Origin: Candidatus Omnitrophota bacterium
GTDB taxonomy: Bacteria > Omnitrophota > Gorgyraeia > Zapsychrales > Zapsychraceae
Reading direction: 5' to 3'
NCBI GenBank assembly: GCA_050250375.1
Contig: JBFWOS010000001.1
Coordinates: 27,346-91,345, forward strand
DNA: 64,000 bases
Shown piece after piece: positions 34,199 through 44,538 of the stretch (its first letter is position 1; each line of letters starts with the position of its first letter). The position numbers and the translations under genes are program-made. Below the pieces are notes generated by a model that made no database searches, had not been told where the DNA came from, and saw only the letters and a program-made list of their open reading frames with translations.

Positions 34199-37050
34199 TT
34201 TTCCGGAAATAATGTGCCTTGCTGTGAGGCTACCTTCCCCTCAGCTAAATCTCGCAATTTTCTTCGATGTCGTTCAATAAACTTGGTAGGCTTTAGCAAA
34301 AGCTCTTCCAATCGATCCGTGCTTAGATATATATGATTTCTTACTCTATAAGTAATACCAAATGCAGGCGCGAATATCTTATTTAGGTCATATCGTCTTG
34401 ATAAGCCTATCTGAGCACGTGAAAATGTTACTCCCTCGTCTAACACTAATCCCCACTGAATTAACCCATCTAGAATTAATTTGGCTTCAGCGCTCAATGA
34501 ATCACCATCTAATCTTTCAAATGAAATGGTTTCATACCACCTATTTTCTTCCTCTGTCTTATATTCCACAAGATATCGTCTTGATAACTCACCTATCGAA
34601 CTTATAACTGAGAATAATGCATTACCCAAAGACGTATTGTCAACCTCACCCGGAATATTGGATAAAGCTTTGAATAGTGTCTTGGCATGAGTTCTCACGA
34701 CTACATCTTGATCTCTTAAAGAAACTTTTCCAGAACCGGGTTGTACGCTATTATGACTGAAAATTTGTTCGACCAACTCTAATAAAGTTCTTATGCTCCC
34801 ATGGGATATGCTTGAAATTATATTCCATCCGGCATAATAGGCTTTTCCCCGTGGAGGGCGTTTCTTTGTGGACTCTCCTTTTTTAGGTCTCCTAGCTCCT
34901 GGCTGACTTAACCCTCTCAGGAATTCTTCTGAGGATTGAGATTCCCCCAATATATTCACTATGCTTTCGTTAAAACCTGCCGACTTAAGCCTTGTATCAA
35001 TAACTCTGGCCATATACTTCGATAAATTCTTTGAAGTGTCTCGTTGAGTTTTTGTGGAGACTTCACCCAAATCAACATATGTTGCCTCATGCCTTGGATC
35101 AATGGCACGACCATCTGATGAATCTATCGTATACATGTATTTATCATATGTGATTTTAAAGCAGTGATTTTCTTGAACTGATCGTACTAATGAGTTTAGG
35201 ATTTTCTGCATTTCAAAATGCATATTACCTTGACTTGCATCATCAACCAAAATGAAAAACCTAGTACTTCGCAACTCGCCAAACAGCTGTTTTATTACAA
35301 AGAAAAAGGAATCCAAGTCTCTTTCATCAAAAAAATGACTAATTTTCCTTTCTCCAATCCTATACCAGTTAGCTATTATTGAACTCTCTTGCGCCACACA
35401 AACTGCAAGGATCTGATGAAATATGTTAATGGGATTTTCTGGGTCGACTAAAATTAATTTACCCAATCTTTCCTCAAGAAACTTAATTAAGAGTTGATAA
35501 TCATTAGGAATTTGAATTATGGGCCGCTTACTTACCGGATCGACACATTCTAAACCTTTCTTAATTTCCTCAAATGTTTTATTCCAAATCTTTAAAACTA
35601 AAATATGTTTCAATATTCTTTGAGTCTCTGGATCAAATATATCTTGACCAATGGCCTGTGGCGTAAACACCTTAAATTCTCCAAGTCTGCAAGTGAATAG
35701 AACACCAAATGAGTTCTGAAAATTATATCGAATTTGTTCAAGTCGTTCTCTAAGTTCTAGATCATCTTGGGATTGAATTATAACCTGTGGATTAAAAGCT
35801 AGTACTCTCAAATAATGAGATTTACCACAACCCCTAGGTCCGGAAATCAATGTATTTCCGAAGCGGGAAATGACATCAAACCTGGCTGCATCAGGCTCAA
35901 AAAGCTTATATAACTTACCTGCTGTAGGTATCCATTCTACACGTAACCATTCAAACGGCTTTTCAACTGGAACTTTAAAAAAATTTTCAGGCACTGAAGC
36001 TTCGGGCTGATTAAAAACACGCATTATTTCCTGGAATGAACTAAATTTATTCTCCATTAAATTCTGAAGGATGGAATACACCTTCTCACCCAATATATAT
36101 CTTGCGGGGTTTCCAGGACACTTCTCACATGCCAACAAGGCTACTTTTAGTAAATGATTTCTAAAATTCTCTAAGTCAGACTTGACTTCAAGTTGTGGCG
36201 ATGAAGAAGAAGGAATTCCAATAAAATCAATCAGCCAAAATTCTATATTTGACATCTCTACAGTTGAAACGCTTGTGAAATCAACCAAAATATTACGTTC
36301 GTGCAAATCTCCGTGTATTAATCCAGCTTTTTCAATCTCAGCCATAGCTCCACCGATTCTTTGTATAAATCGATCAAAAAATTTACTTGTTATATTCTCT
36401 TGAGATTTTAAAAATTCCAGAAATGTTTTTGCTGATACGGGAATATTTTCAAAAACCACACAATTCAGAACCACTTCTTTTCCCTCGGGCAACTCAATAT
36501 TCAATTCTCCCATTTCTATTACTTCGGGCAATGCTGGATGCTTTAATTTTGAGCGCATTACTAGAGCTCTTCTTAATTTCTCCCAAGAAACAGTTCCCGG
36601 CAAAAAAATCTTGAGAGTTCGGTCTCTGTCTAGCATTGTTTCTTTTGCTAGAAATGTATATGATGAGTTGCCTTTCCCAAGAAGGCTTTTAACCTCATAA
36701 CTATGTTTAAGTGGTTCACTAACTTTTTTGTCATCTGTTTTTACTGTTTTGCCAATAAGGAAATCTAAGGAAAATAGTTCAATAGTAAAATATTTATCGA
36801 TCCAATCGGCCAACTTAAACCCTTTATCTGTTCTAGTGATAATTCTATGCTTATCTAATAAATCTAACTCTGAGTCCAGTTGATCCCTACTTATTTCCAA
36901 ATTCTGCGCAATCTTACTTTCATTTTCATTCGGGAATTGATGCAAGTACAATAAAATTAAACGCTTAAAAGGATCACTCATCAAGGTAATTATATTCCCT
37001 TGACGCTCAGTACGTTTATTTGGTTCTTTCAAAATAATCCCAGAACTCAT
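34195..37050 (-). CDS. wHTH - protein-kinase-like - P-loop NTPase fusion protein (951 aa)
   Basis: N-terminal winged HTH. Glycine loop LLGKGNSSYTFLA, lysine in TLKIF, catalytic loop LIHGDLHERNILVD and WLIDF (Kdo/RIO/APH-like kinase fold). Then Walker A ISGPRGCGKSHYLRV and Walker B FILVDDASQ. Confidence 0.65.
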   Translation of the reverse strand: MSSGIILKEPNKRTERQGNIITLMSDPFKRLILLYLHQFPNENESKIAQNLEISRDQLDSELDLLDKHRIITRTDKGFKLADWIDKYFTIELFSLDFLIGKTVKTDDKKVSEPLKHSYEVKSLLGKGNSSYTFLAKETMLDRDRTLKIFLPGTVSWEKLRRALVMRSKLKHPALPEVIEMGELNIELPEGKEVVLNCVVFENIPVSAKTFLEFLKSQENITSKFFDRFIQRIGGAMAEIEKAGLIHGDLHERNILVDFTSVSTVEMSNIEFWLIDFIGIPSSSSPQLEVKSDLENFRNHLLKVALLACEKCPGNPARYILGEKVYSILQNLMENKFSSFQEIMRVFNQPEASVPENFFKVPVEKPFEWLRVEWIPTAGKLYKLFEPDAARFDVISRFGNTLISGPRGCGKSHYLRVLAFNPQVIIQSQDDLELRERLEQIRYNFQNSFGVLFTCRLGEFKVFTPQAIGQDIFDPETQRILKHILVLKIWNKTFEEIKKGLECVDPVSKRPIIQIPNDYQLLIKFLEERLGKLILVDPENPINIFHQILAVCVAQESSIIANWYRIGERKISHFFDERDLDSFFFVIKQLFGELRSTRFFILVDDASQGNMHFEMQKILNSLVRSVQENHCFKITYDKYMYTIDSSDGRAIDPRHEATYVDLGEVSTKTQRDTSKNLSKYMARVIDTRLKSAGFNESIVNILGESQSSEEFLRGLSQPGARRPKKGESTKKRPPRGKAYYAGWNIISSISHGSIRTLLELVEQIFSHNSVQPGSGKVSLRDQDVVVRTHAKTLFKALSNIPGEVDNTSLGNALFSVISSIGELSRRYLVEYKTEEENRWYETISFERLDGDSLSAEAKLILDGLIQWGLVLDEGVTFSRAQIGLSRRYDLNKIFAPAFGITYRVRNHIYLSTDRLEELLLKPTKFIERHRRKLRDLAEGKVASQQGTLFPEK

Positions 37051-37589
37051 TTTCCTCCTAATAATTCCATCTGTTTACAAGCAGCGACTCGTTTAACCTG
37101 ATCAATAATTCGAGTTGACAAATGACATTCAATAATATCTCGCTCTCCATCAAACCAATCTAATTTACCATTTAGCCCTTCGAAAATTTGTAGAATACCT
37201 TGCGCGCTATAACCATTTCTATGATTCTGATCAACACAAATCATCATCTTCACTGCAAATTTTCTATTTCCCGCAAAATCATGAGCCTCTCCAATAGCAC
37301 CAGGACTTACCATTAAATTTATGATATAATCATACTCCTCTATCAAAATTTCTTCGGCCACTTTTACATTCAACCCTCTTAAATTCATATCCTCTTTATT
37401 GATTATTTCTTCTGGAAAATCTGCATCATGATTTAACTCTTTAAGCTTCATCCTTATTTCACAACGCTTCGCATATAAGTCCCCTCCACTGATACCTGGA
37501 CCAAAAATTAATATTTTTAGCTTACAGCCATCATGAATTCTACTGGCTGCCGCACGCAATCTTTTTAGATGTTTGTTAGTCATAACCAA
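37047..37589 (-). CDS. hypothetical protein, possible flavodoxin-like NDT/SLOG-fold enzyme
   Basis: KILIFGP...DYIINLMVSPGAIGEAHDFAG loosely resembles the NDT-superfamily xGTxxExG nucleophile motif. Weak assignment. Confidence 0.35.
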   Translation of the reverse strand: MVMTNKHLKRLRAAASRIHDGCKLKILIFGPGISGGDLYAKRCEIRMKLKELNHDADFPEEIINKEDMNLRGLNVKVAEEILIEEYDYIINLMVSPGAIGEAHDFAGNRKFAVKMMICVDQNHRNGYSAQGILQIFEGLNGKLDWFDGERDIIECHLSTRIIDQVKRVAACKQMELLGGK

Positions 37590-37605
37590 AATATCACCAA
37601 GCTTT

Positions 37606-38754
37606 TCACTTAGGCCTCATTAATAAAATAAGTTCGCAGGATTCCTTTCTGGAATCTCTTTTGGTGTTATTTCCACCCAGCGTGCTAAACCTCATCTTTA
37701 CTTTTTCCTTCTCTTGAATATCAAAAAATTGCATTGCTGTGTTTTTAACTTCTTCTCCTGATAAACCGTTGCTGCATTCCTCATTAGGAAAAGTAAATAT
37801 AACTGTAGCCCCGGACTCAGCAAGGTTACTTAAGAGATCAATTAACGCCTGTTTTGATTGTCCTTTATTGCTAAAGCTTGATTGAGGTCTTTTGGATATA
37901 TCAGGGTAGCGCCCCACACCGGAAACCTTTCCACACTCTTTATTGGCAATGGTTTCCAGGACATGATAAAAGCGGCTGTATTGAACTCCGGAATAAGGCG
38001 GGTCCACAAAGACAAGATCGGTGGGTCTCAATTTCTTGGCCTCGTCAATAGCATTTGCCACGCGAGCCTCGCCAATAGTCCTTGCATGCAACTTTGATAC
38101 TTCCGACAATGTTCTTTTGCACACATCAACCGGGTCTTTTTGCCAGGATTCCAACAAAAATTTCTTGGCCGTTCTGGTGGGTTGGAACGGCTGTGCCGTG
38201 TGTCCGGGAGAAGCCGCGCACCGACTAGCAGCCATGATGACGGCAGCTAAGCTCACCTTTTGATGAGTCAATTCTTGCGGAACATATTTTAATAAATAGT
38301 CAAAGGTCAGCGCTTGCTGCGGGCTGTAATAATGCCCTCCATAGGCATTCCAGATGGGGCCAATTGTTGACCGCTCTTCACAGAGTTCACGACAATCTTT
38401 AACATATTGACCCATCCTGCGCTTATCAAGCTTTGCGCTAAGCTTTTCAGCGGATATCCATAACTTCGATTCCCGCCTTAAATCGTCCACCCGATTAAGC
38501 CAATTTTCAGTAAGCTCCGATTCTTCAATAACCCTATTTCTTCCAATAATTGATTCCGTCAGGATAACGGAGTATTTCTGCAAATCTATTGCAAGCACCG
38601 GTAAGTCGGTGTGTCGAGCCACATGACACGCAACAGCCCCTGCCCCGCAAAAAAGATCCACAATCCGTTTAGCGGATTTGGCTTCTTCATCAAGCAACTT
38701 TCCCAAACCATTGGTGAGCATATACCGTTTTGAGCCCATGTATTTCATATACAA
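37606..38754 (-). CDS. Dam-family DNA N6-adenine methyltransferase with C-terminal extension
   Basis: YMGSKR at the N-terminus, DLFCGAGAV SAM motif, and DPPY catalytic motif. 382 aa versus about 280 for canonical Dam. Confidence 0.8.
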   Translation of the reverse strand: MYMKYMGSKRYMLTNGLGKLLDEEAKSAKRIVDLFCGAGAVACHVARHTDLPVLAIDLQKYSVILTESIIGRNRVIEESELTENWLNRVDDLRRESKLWISAEKLSAKLDKRRMGQYVKDCRELCEERSTIGPIWNAYGGHYYSPQQALTFDYLLKYVPQELTHQKVSLAAVIMAASRCAASPGHTAQPFQPTRTAKKFLLESWQKDPVDVCKRTLSEVSKLHARTIGEARVANAIDEAKKLRPTDLVFVDPPYSGVQYSRFYHVLETIANKECGKVSGVGRYPDISKRPQSSFSNKGQSKQALIDLLSNLAESGATVIFTFPNEECSNGLSGEEVKNTAMQFFDIQEKEKVKMRFSTLGGNNTKRDSRKESCELILLMRPK

Positions 38755-40031
38755 ATTCCTGTTAAGCCAATACGTTCACAACCGGAAAGTATCAAGAGTT
38801 CCTTTGATAATTTGGTACGCAACTCAAATACATTGTTAATCAAAGATGCATCTTGGTTAACATTATTTATAGTATCGTTAACTTCACTCCACATATCTAA
38901 CAAAGGATCGGTACTTGTATTTTCCCAAAGACCTCGATCTATACCCAATGGTTCCCACCAAAATTCTAAATCTTTTTTAGTTGTAGCTGTACATTCCATC
39001 AAGCGAGAGACTGACCCCGTAGATAACCTTAAGAGCAACATCGCTCGACATAACATTTGTATATGATATTTTTCGTCAGTGTAAGTTCCATTTTTTCTTG
39101 CTTCTATTAAAAGACGCGATCCAGGCAGTTTATTAGTTGGCCCCGATAATAAAGTACTTAACCTCTGTGATTCATTCTTAGAAATCCCCAAATTCTGCAT
39201 GACTTTAATTAATTGCTTTTTTGGAATACTGCTTTTTGAGCCATGTAGAGATCTAAAATATTTTTGCAGGGCTCCCCTAAACAACAAAAAATCTATAACA
39301 AAACTATTATTTTTTGAAGGGGTAAATGAATTCCACATTTCTGTAATTAAATTAAGCACTTCCTTAATATTTAAAGAGTTATATGGGGTTAAGTCAGAAG
39401 GTCTATAGCTAGCCTCATTTCTTACAGTTCTATCTTTTTCTAATATTTTCAAATCATGAATCCAATTTTTCAGCCAATCTTCAGCAAGCCATCCAATTGG
39501 AGAGCTATACCCTCCCGTTAATTCAGTAAACCAATCTTTAAGACAAATTCCTTCAGGTCTAATTATTTCCTCAATTAAATGGATAGCATTTGGTGATTTG
39601 GCCCAAACTTCAAATGCTTCTACTACTGCGACATGTGTTCCCTTTCCCGAAATTTTATGAATTCTTGAACTATCGATAGTAAAATGAATTTTATCAAATA
39701 TTCCAATTCCCTCTGCTGCCAAGAGCGACATAACCGCCCTTAACTCTGCATAATAGGCAAAATGTTTAGTCCGACTCCTGTCGCCCAATGAATAAGATAT
39801 TAGTGCTTTCCCCAGAAAATCCCACCCATCTAAACAATGCAAAGGTGTGGAGGCAGCTATATATTTTTTTATATCCCGCCTAATGTTTCCGGCCTTACAG
39901 TCTATTGAAATTTTTTTTATACAATTCTTTCTGTATCGATTATTAAAAATCCATCTATTAAGCTTGAAATCCTTTTTTAGAAGTTCAAAATTTTTCTCAG
40001 ATTCTATTCTTGAAAATGCAGAATATGGCAT
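38745..40031 (-). CDS. hypothetical protein
   Basis: 428 aa, AT-rich, translationally coupled to its neighbours. No domain recognised. Confidence 0.5.
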   Translation of the reverse strand: MPYSAFSRIESEKNFELLKKDFKLNRWIFNNRYRKNCIKKISIDCKAGNIRRDIKKYIAASTPLHCLDGWDFLGKALISYSLGDRSRTKHFAYYAELRAVMSLLAAEGIGIFDKIHFTIDSSRIHKISGKGTHVAVVEAFEVWAKSPNAIHLIEEIIRPEGICLKDWFTELTGGYSSPIGWLAEDWLKNWIHDLKILEKDRTVRNEASYRPSDLTPYNSLNIKEVLNLITEMWNSFTPSKNNSFVIDFLLFRGALQKYFRSLHGSKSSIPKKQLIKVMQNLGISKNESQRLSTLLSGPTNKLPGSRLLIEARKNGTYTDEKYHIQMLCRAMLLLRLSTGSVSRLMECTATTKKDLEFWWEPLGIDRGLWENTSTDPLLDMWSEVNDTINNVNQDASLINNVFELRTKLSKELLILSGCERIGLTGICI

Positions 40032-40039
40032 AGTATTTT

Positions 40040-41545
40040 TTACCTATTAAAACCTAAATGTTCAAAAACATTTTTGGCAACCGTTCCCAATTCTGTTTTT
40101 TCAACCATCAAATGTCTCAAAAGTTGACGACGAAACTCTCTATAACCACTTCCTCCTCGAAAAGCTAATTTTCGCAATCTTTCATTTTCCTCTAAATTAG
40201 GAGCACCTGATGATCTCCAATCAAACTTTGAGAGGGACTGAGTTAAATTATCAATAAAATCTATAATTTTCTTTTTACGTTTTAGATCTTTAATGGCTTC
40301 GTTTACTGAAATTTCGGCATCTGGGACATCTGATAATTTCCATGATTTAAGGTTGAGACTTACTGCTTTTTCGAAGAAAATGTCGTTGGTCACATTCAAC
40401 ACAACTGAAACACCTTGATCATTATTGAGCAATGAATGTGGCCCATCAAATGCTGGGTCATTATTCTTTTGCTTTTTATATTTAATACCCCTTAAATCTT
40501 TTGCCCATCCCGAGTTATTGTCTTCAACAAAATATTTTATTCTGTTCCAAAGATATATCAGGAAGGCCGCTTGTTGTGTCCTTGTCCAGGGGATAATGAT
40601 CTTGTGTTCCCCGACTCTTGCGCCATAAAGACCCCCTATTGAAACACCTTTACCTTCGTATGACTTTATATAACTTTTGAGCAAAGCTCTAATCCAAGCA
40701 GCTTGGGTAACAGCCCCAGCGCCACCCTCCCCTAACATATTTATTCGATGATACCAAACACTTTCCTGTTCGTACCATAATGACTCAGTAATTTCCTGCG
40801 CTCTTGCCTCTCTATATACTTTGTGCCCCTCAAATCTATCAAGCCAATCTTCCGTTCGCAACAATGGATAAAGGTCATAGGCTAAACTTGGATTAATCCT
40901 CTTTGGTTTTATATTAATCGTCCAAAATAAATATGCCTGCCAACTAATATCTAACTCATGAAAAGCCACAACAGGAAGCTGATAGTTTTCATCATCCAAC
41001 TTGTCATCAAAGGCCAATAACCGATGTTGTCCATCTATTATTTCTATTGGATGTTTCTTCTTTGGCTTCCAGTTTTTCCCTTTAAAACTTCTAGGCAATA
41101 TAACTTCAATGTCTGTTGAATTCTCTTCAATTTCAATTAAATCATTCTTGTCAACAGCCATATCGTTTCTTTCATCAGCCTTCCCTAAAATATTTACAAC
41201 TATCGCTGTAGGAAGCCACCCTGGTTTTCTCAAATTATTAAAAACTTCTTCTTTCCTTTTCGAACCTGATAATTCTGACCATGGATATCCATATTTAATG
41301 TACTCACGTATATTTGCTGAACGAGATGGCTCATGTTGTCTTTGTATATGTTTATCACTGGTTCTTGAAATTCCAGATTTAATTCCGCGTCTATATACAC
41401 CTGATAATAGTTTTAACTTCTTAGCGGAAAGAGAAAAAACATAAAAGAACTCTTTTGGCTTCTTTCTTAAGTTTTCTTTCTTAAATTCGATACCTTTCCA
41501 TTCATTCAACCACTGATGGATTTTCAATGCCTTTATTTTTTCCAT
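40040..41545 (-). CDS. DGQHR-domain protein (DndB/DpdB-like, ParB/Srx superfamily)
   Basis: IIDGQHRLLAF motif. 501 aa. Confidence 0.75.
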   Translation of the reverse strand: MEKIKALKIHQWLNEWKGIEFKKENLRKKPKEFFYVFSLSAKKLKLLSGVYRRGIKSGISRTSDKHIQRQHEPSRSANIREYIKYGYPWSELSGSKRKEEVFNNLRKPGWLPTAIVVNILGKADERNDMAVDKNDLIEIEENSTDIEVILPRSFKGKNWKPKKKHPIEIIDGQHRLLAFDDKLDDENYQLPVVAFHELDISWQAYLFWTINIKPKRINPSLAYDLYPLLRTEDWLDRFEGHKVYREARAQEITESLWYEQESVWYHRINMLGEGGAGAVTQAAWIRALLKSYIKSYEGKGVSIGGLYGARVGEHKIIIPWTRTQQAAFLIYLWNRIKYFVEDNNSGWAKDLRGIKYKKQKNNDPAFDGPHSLLNNDQGVSVVLNVTNDIFFEKAVSLNLKSWKLSDVPDAEISVNEAIKDLKRKKKIIDFIDNLTQSLSKFDWRSSGAPNLEENERLRKLAFRGGSGYREFRRQLLRHLMVEKTELGTVAKNVFEHLGFNR

Positions 41546-41579
41546 AGTTTTCCCCTATATTTGTTATTCTACGGATTAT

Positions 41580-43103
41580 TTATGTTCTCTCAAACGCCTC
41601 CCGCAACACCGCTCGCATCAGCATTTCGGAGTGGTCTTTGCGTTCGGCGACTTGTTTATCAAGCTCACCGACCATGATCGTAAACTTATCCACCAGGTTG
41701 ACGATAACTTGTTGTTCAATCACAGAAGGGACAGGAACTACAAACTGTTCAAGATTGTATTTAGGAAGACCTTCCCGTCCAGCACCTGTAGTAGATTCGA
41801 ACATCACCTTTTGGAATTGCGGTGATAAAACTATTTTGTGCATAAATCCTTTAGACATTAAAATACTTCGAATAATACAAACGTGTTGACTTACATTTCC
41901 TTCTCTGAAATCTACTGGAATTAATGCACACCGCCCAAGAGATCCGCCAGTAATATTTAACAGTAAATCGCCAGCAATGACAGCTGTTCCTTTCATCTGT
42001 TTATGTACTTCGGAGGATATAAATTTTATATCGTCACAATCTAAGCCATCGTCATGAATATTCTGAGACCTAAAAAATAAAATTCCTTTTGTTGAGTAAT
42101 TACTCCCTTTCGGAGTACTTCCTGAACCAATCTTCGAACAAAGATCACCCAACCGACACCATTCCCACCCCTCCGGCAACTCAAAGGGTTTTTCTTCATT
42201 GGTTATTGGTGATAATGGTTTTTCTTTTTTAATTTTCCCTTCCTTAATCAGTCGTTCTTTCTCTGCCTTAATTCTCTCAAGCAACTTTGAGGCATGGTTT
42301 TCGCCGCTGATGAGTTTAGGATTTTCTTTGCGCCATTGGGCTGTCAATTTACCTTCAATGGCTTCCTGCAAAACAGATTGACGAAGATTGTAAAGCAAAG
42401 CTTCTTGAGTCTCGACTTCATCTTTAAATAACTGTCGTAAACAATTTATATTCTTAACTCTATTGAATTTCAATTTCGCTGTATGAAGGATTTCACTCCT
42501 TGAAAGCTCTCCTGTATTCTTATAATGTACAATCTTATTTTGCACGTCCACAGAACAGGCAGGAAACATTAGCTGTTTCATTTTCTCCGCATTTACATTT
42601 GGTTGCGCTGTCCCATTTTTCATTTCAAGAATTTGATTCCAAAAAAGATACGAATTCAAAAAAAGATAAATATATTCGGGATTAAAGCTGGCATTAACTG
42701 TCAACCGAATCAAGTAACTTGCGAACACGCAATTTGTTGGAATATTTTTGATAAATACTGTTTTACCAGTTGTACCACCTGTTCGCGTTATTAAAATATC
42801 CTCTTCATTTAATGAATACTTTTTTAGCTCTTTACAGTCACAAAAAGGTACAGACGGCCAATCTATTACGCCCTCAGTAATGTCGGTAATACGGAGCAAC
42901 TTGCTATTCCCATCAAGCTTTGCAGATGTAGTATAACCATACTGGGTCTTAGTTAGAGCATCCCCCAAAGGAATAAAATTCTTGTAAGTATCAGCAATGA
43001 TTTTCATTAATACCGTGTTATGTAGCTGCCTTAACTCTTCTTCGTTAGATTTAATAAATGTAAGTTTGCGATAGCCATACTCAGGAACAAAAGAATTAAC
43101 CAT
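41580..43103 (-). CDS. hsdS: Type I restriction-modification specificity subunit
   Basis: Two target-recognition domains separated by a conserved central coiled-coil (ELPEGWEW...). Conserved C-terminal region. Confidence 0.85.
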   Translation of the reverse strand: MVNSFVPEYGYRKLTFIKSNEEELRQLHNTVLMKIIADTYKNFIPLGDALTKTQYGYTTSAKLDGNSKLLRITDITEGVIDWPSVPFCDCKELKKYSLNEEDILITRTGGTTGKTVFIKNIPTNCVFASYLIRLTVNASFNPEYIYLFLNSYLFWNQILEMKNGTAQPNVNAEKMKQLMFPACSVDVQNKIVHYKNTGELSRSEILHTAKLKFNRVKNINCLRQLFKDEVETQEALLYNLRQSVLQEAIEGKLTAQWRKENPKLISGENHASKLLERIKAEKERLIKEGKIKKEKPLSPITNEEKPFELPEGWEWCRLGDLCSKIGSGSTPKGSNYSTKGILFFRSQNIHDDGLDCDDIKFISSEVHKQMKGTAVIAGDLLLNITGGSLGRCALIPVDFREGNVSQHVCIIRSILMSKGFMHKIVLSPQFQKVMFESTTGAGREGLPKYNLEQFVVPVPSVIEQQVIVNLVDKFTIMVGELDKQVAERKDHSEMLMRAVLREAFERT

Positions 43104-44529
43104 TCTGAACTGCTTCCTTAAGTTTCTTTAAAAGTTCTTCACTCTTGCAAAACGAATCATGAAGCGTGGCGACCAGCTCTGCGCTTGAATAGACGTGTTC
43201 CGCTTCAGGCATGTGTGGATTTTTAATGTCGAGGTTATACCCATTAGTTGCTATCGTTTCGATCGAAACTTTCCAGACCTGTTCGCTTTTTTTACGTTTC
43301 TTCCACCATTTCTTTAGACCATCGAATTCACTTTTCTGTATCGGTTTAGTCTTATTATAAGCCTTTACCCCTTCCGGCAATTTGTGTTCCCAATACCAAA
43401 CCTCTTTTGTAGGCTTGCCTTTGTCGAAGAATAGAAGATTTGTCGCAACGCTCGCATAAGGTTGAAAAACCGAATTAGGCAGACGCACTATCGTATGTAA
43501 ATTGCAATTCTCCAATAGATGTTGACGTATCCGTTGCTTAACTCCGTCTCCCGTCAGCGATCCGTCCGGTAGTACAATACCTGCGCGCCCCCCGTCTTTG
43601 AGATAACGGATCATCAACATTAAGAAAAGATCGGCACTTTCTGCGGTGCGGAAATTCTGCGGAAAATTGGTTTCGACTCCATCCGTAACCGAAGCACCAA
43701 AAGGAGGATTGGCAAGGATGACATCAACCCGGTCTTTTTGTCCGATGGATGTATATTCGCGATTAAGGCTATCAGTATAATCAATATTGGGGACTTCAAT
43801 GTCATGGAGGATAAGATTAGTGACGGCCAACATAAAAGGAAGCGGCTTAAATTCCATTCCGTGAATCGTTTTTTCAAGTTCCTTCAGGTCATCAACGCCC
43901 TTAACATCCTGCGTGCGAATATTCTCGATTGCACTCGTTAAGAAACCGCCGGTGCCGCAGGCGGGATCCAAAACTTTCTCACCTAACCTTGGATTTACCA
44001 TTTCCGTAATAAATTCGGTCAGAGCGCGCGGGGTGTAGAATTCCCCGTAATTGCCGGCGTTTTGAAGATCGCGCAGGATGGTCTCATAAATATCGCCAAA
44101 AACGTGACGGTCCTCGGCTTTGTTAAAGTCAATCTGGTTTAACGCGTTAATCACCTGGCGGAGGATGGTGCCGTTTTTCATATAGTTGTTTGTGCCGTCA
44201 AATATTTCACGGACAATAAGCGCGCGTTTATTGCCGGTGCTCACGTCTAAATTCTTTAGTTGAGGAATTAGTTTGCCATCAATAAAACTTTTCAGCTCAT
44301 CCCCCGTCATCCCCTCATCATCAGCGGCCCAATTACGCCATTGTAATTCCTTGGGGATCACCGAAACATATTTATTATTGATTAACTCCATTTCCTGATC
44401 TTTATCATCCAAAACCTTGAGGCTGATCATCCAGCCCAATTGTTCGATGCGCTGGGCGTCTCCAGACACGCCGGGGTCTCTGCGCATAATGTTTTGTAAA
44501 CTTTTAATGATACCGCCAAGATTCTTCAT
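43096..44529 (-). CDS. hsdM: Type I restriction-modification DNA methyltransferase subunit
   Basis: HsdM N-domain, DPACGTGGFL SAM motif and NPPFG catalytic motif. Confidence 0.9.
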   Translation of the reverse strand: MKNLGGIIKSLQNIMRRDPGVSGDAQRIEQLGWMISLKVLDDKDQEMELINNKYVSVIPKELQWRNWAADDEGMTGDELKSFIDGKLIPQLKNLDVSTGNKRALIVREIFDGTNNYMKNGTILRQVINALNQIDFNKAEDRHVFGDIYETILRDLQNAGNYGEFYTPRALTEFITEMVNPRLGEKVLDPACGTGGFLTSAIENIRTQDVKGVDDLKELEKTIHGMEFKPLPFMLAVTNLILHDIEVPNIDYTDSLNREYTSIGQKDRVDVILANPPFGASVTDGVETNFPQNFRTAESADLFLMLMIRYLKDGGRAGIVLPDGSLTGDGVKQRIRQHLLENCNLHTIVRLPNSVFQPYASVATNLLFFDKGKPTKEVWYWEHKLPEGVKAYNKTKPIQKSEFDGLKKWWKKRKKSEQVWKVSIETIATNGYNLDIKNPHMPEAEHVYSSAELVATLHDSFCKSEELLKKLKEAVQNG

Positions 44530-44538
44530 TAACTCTCC

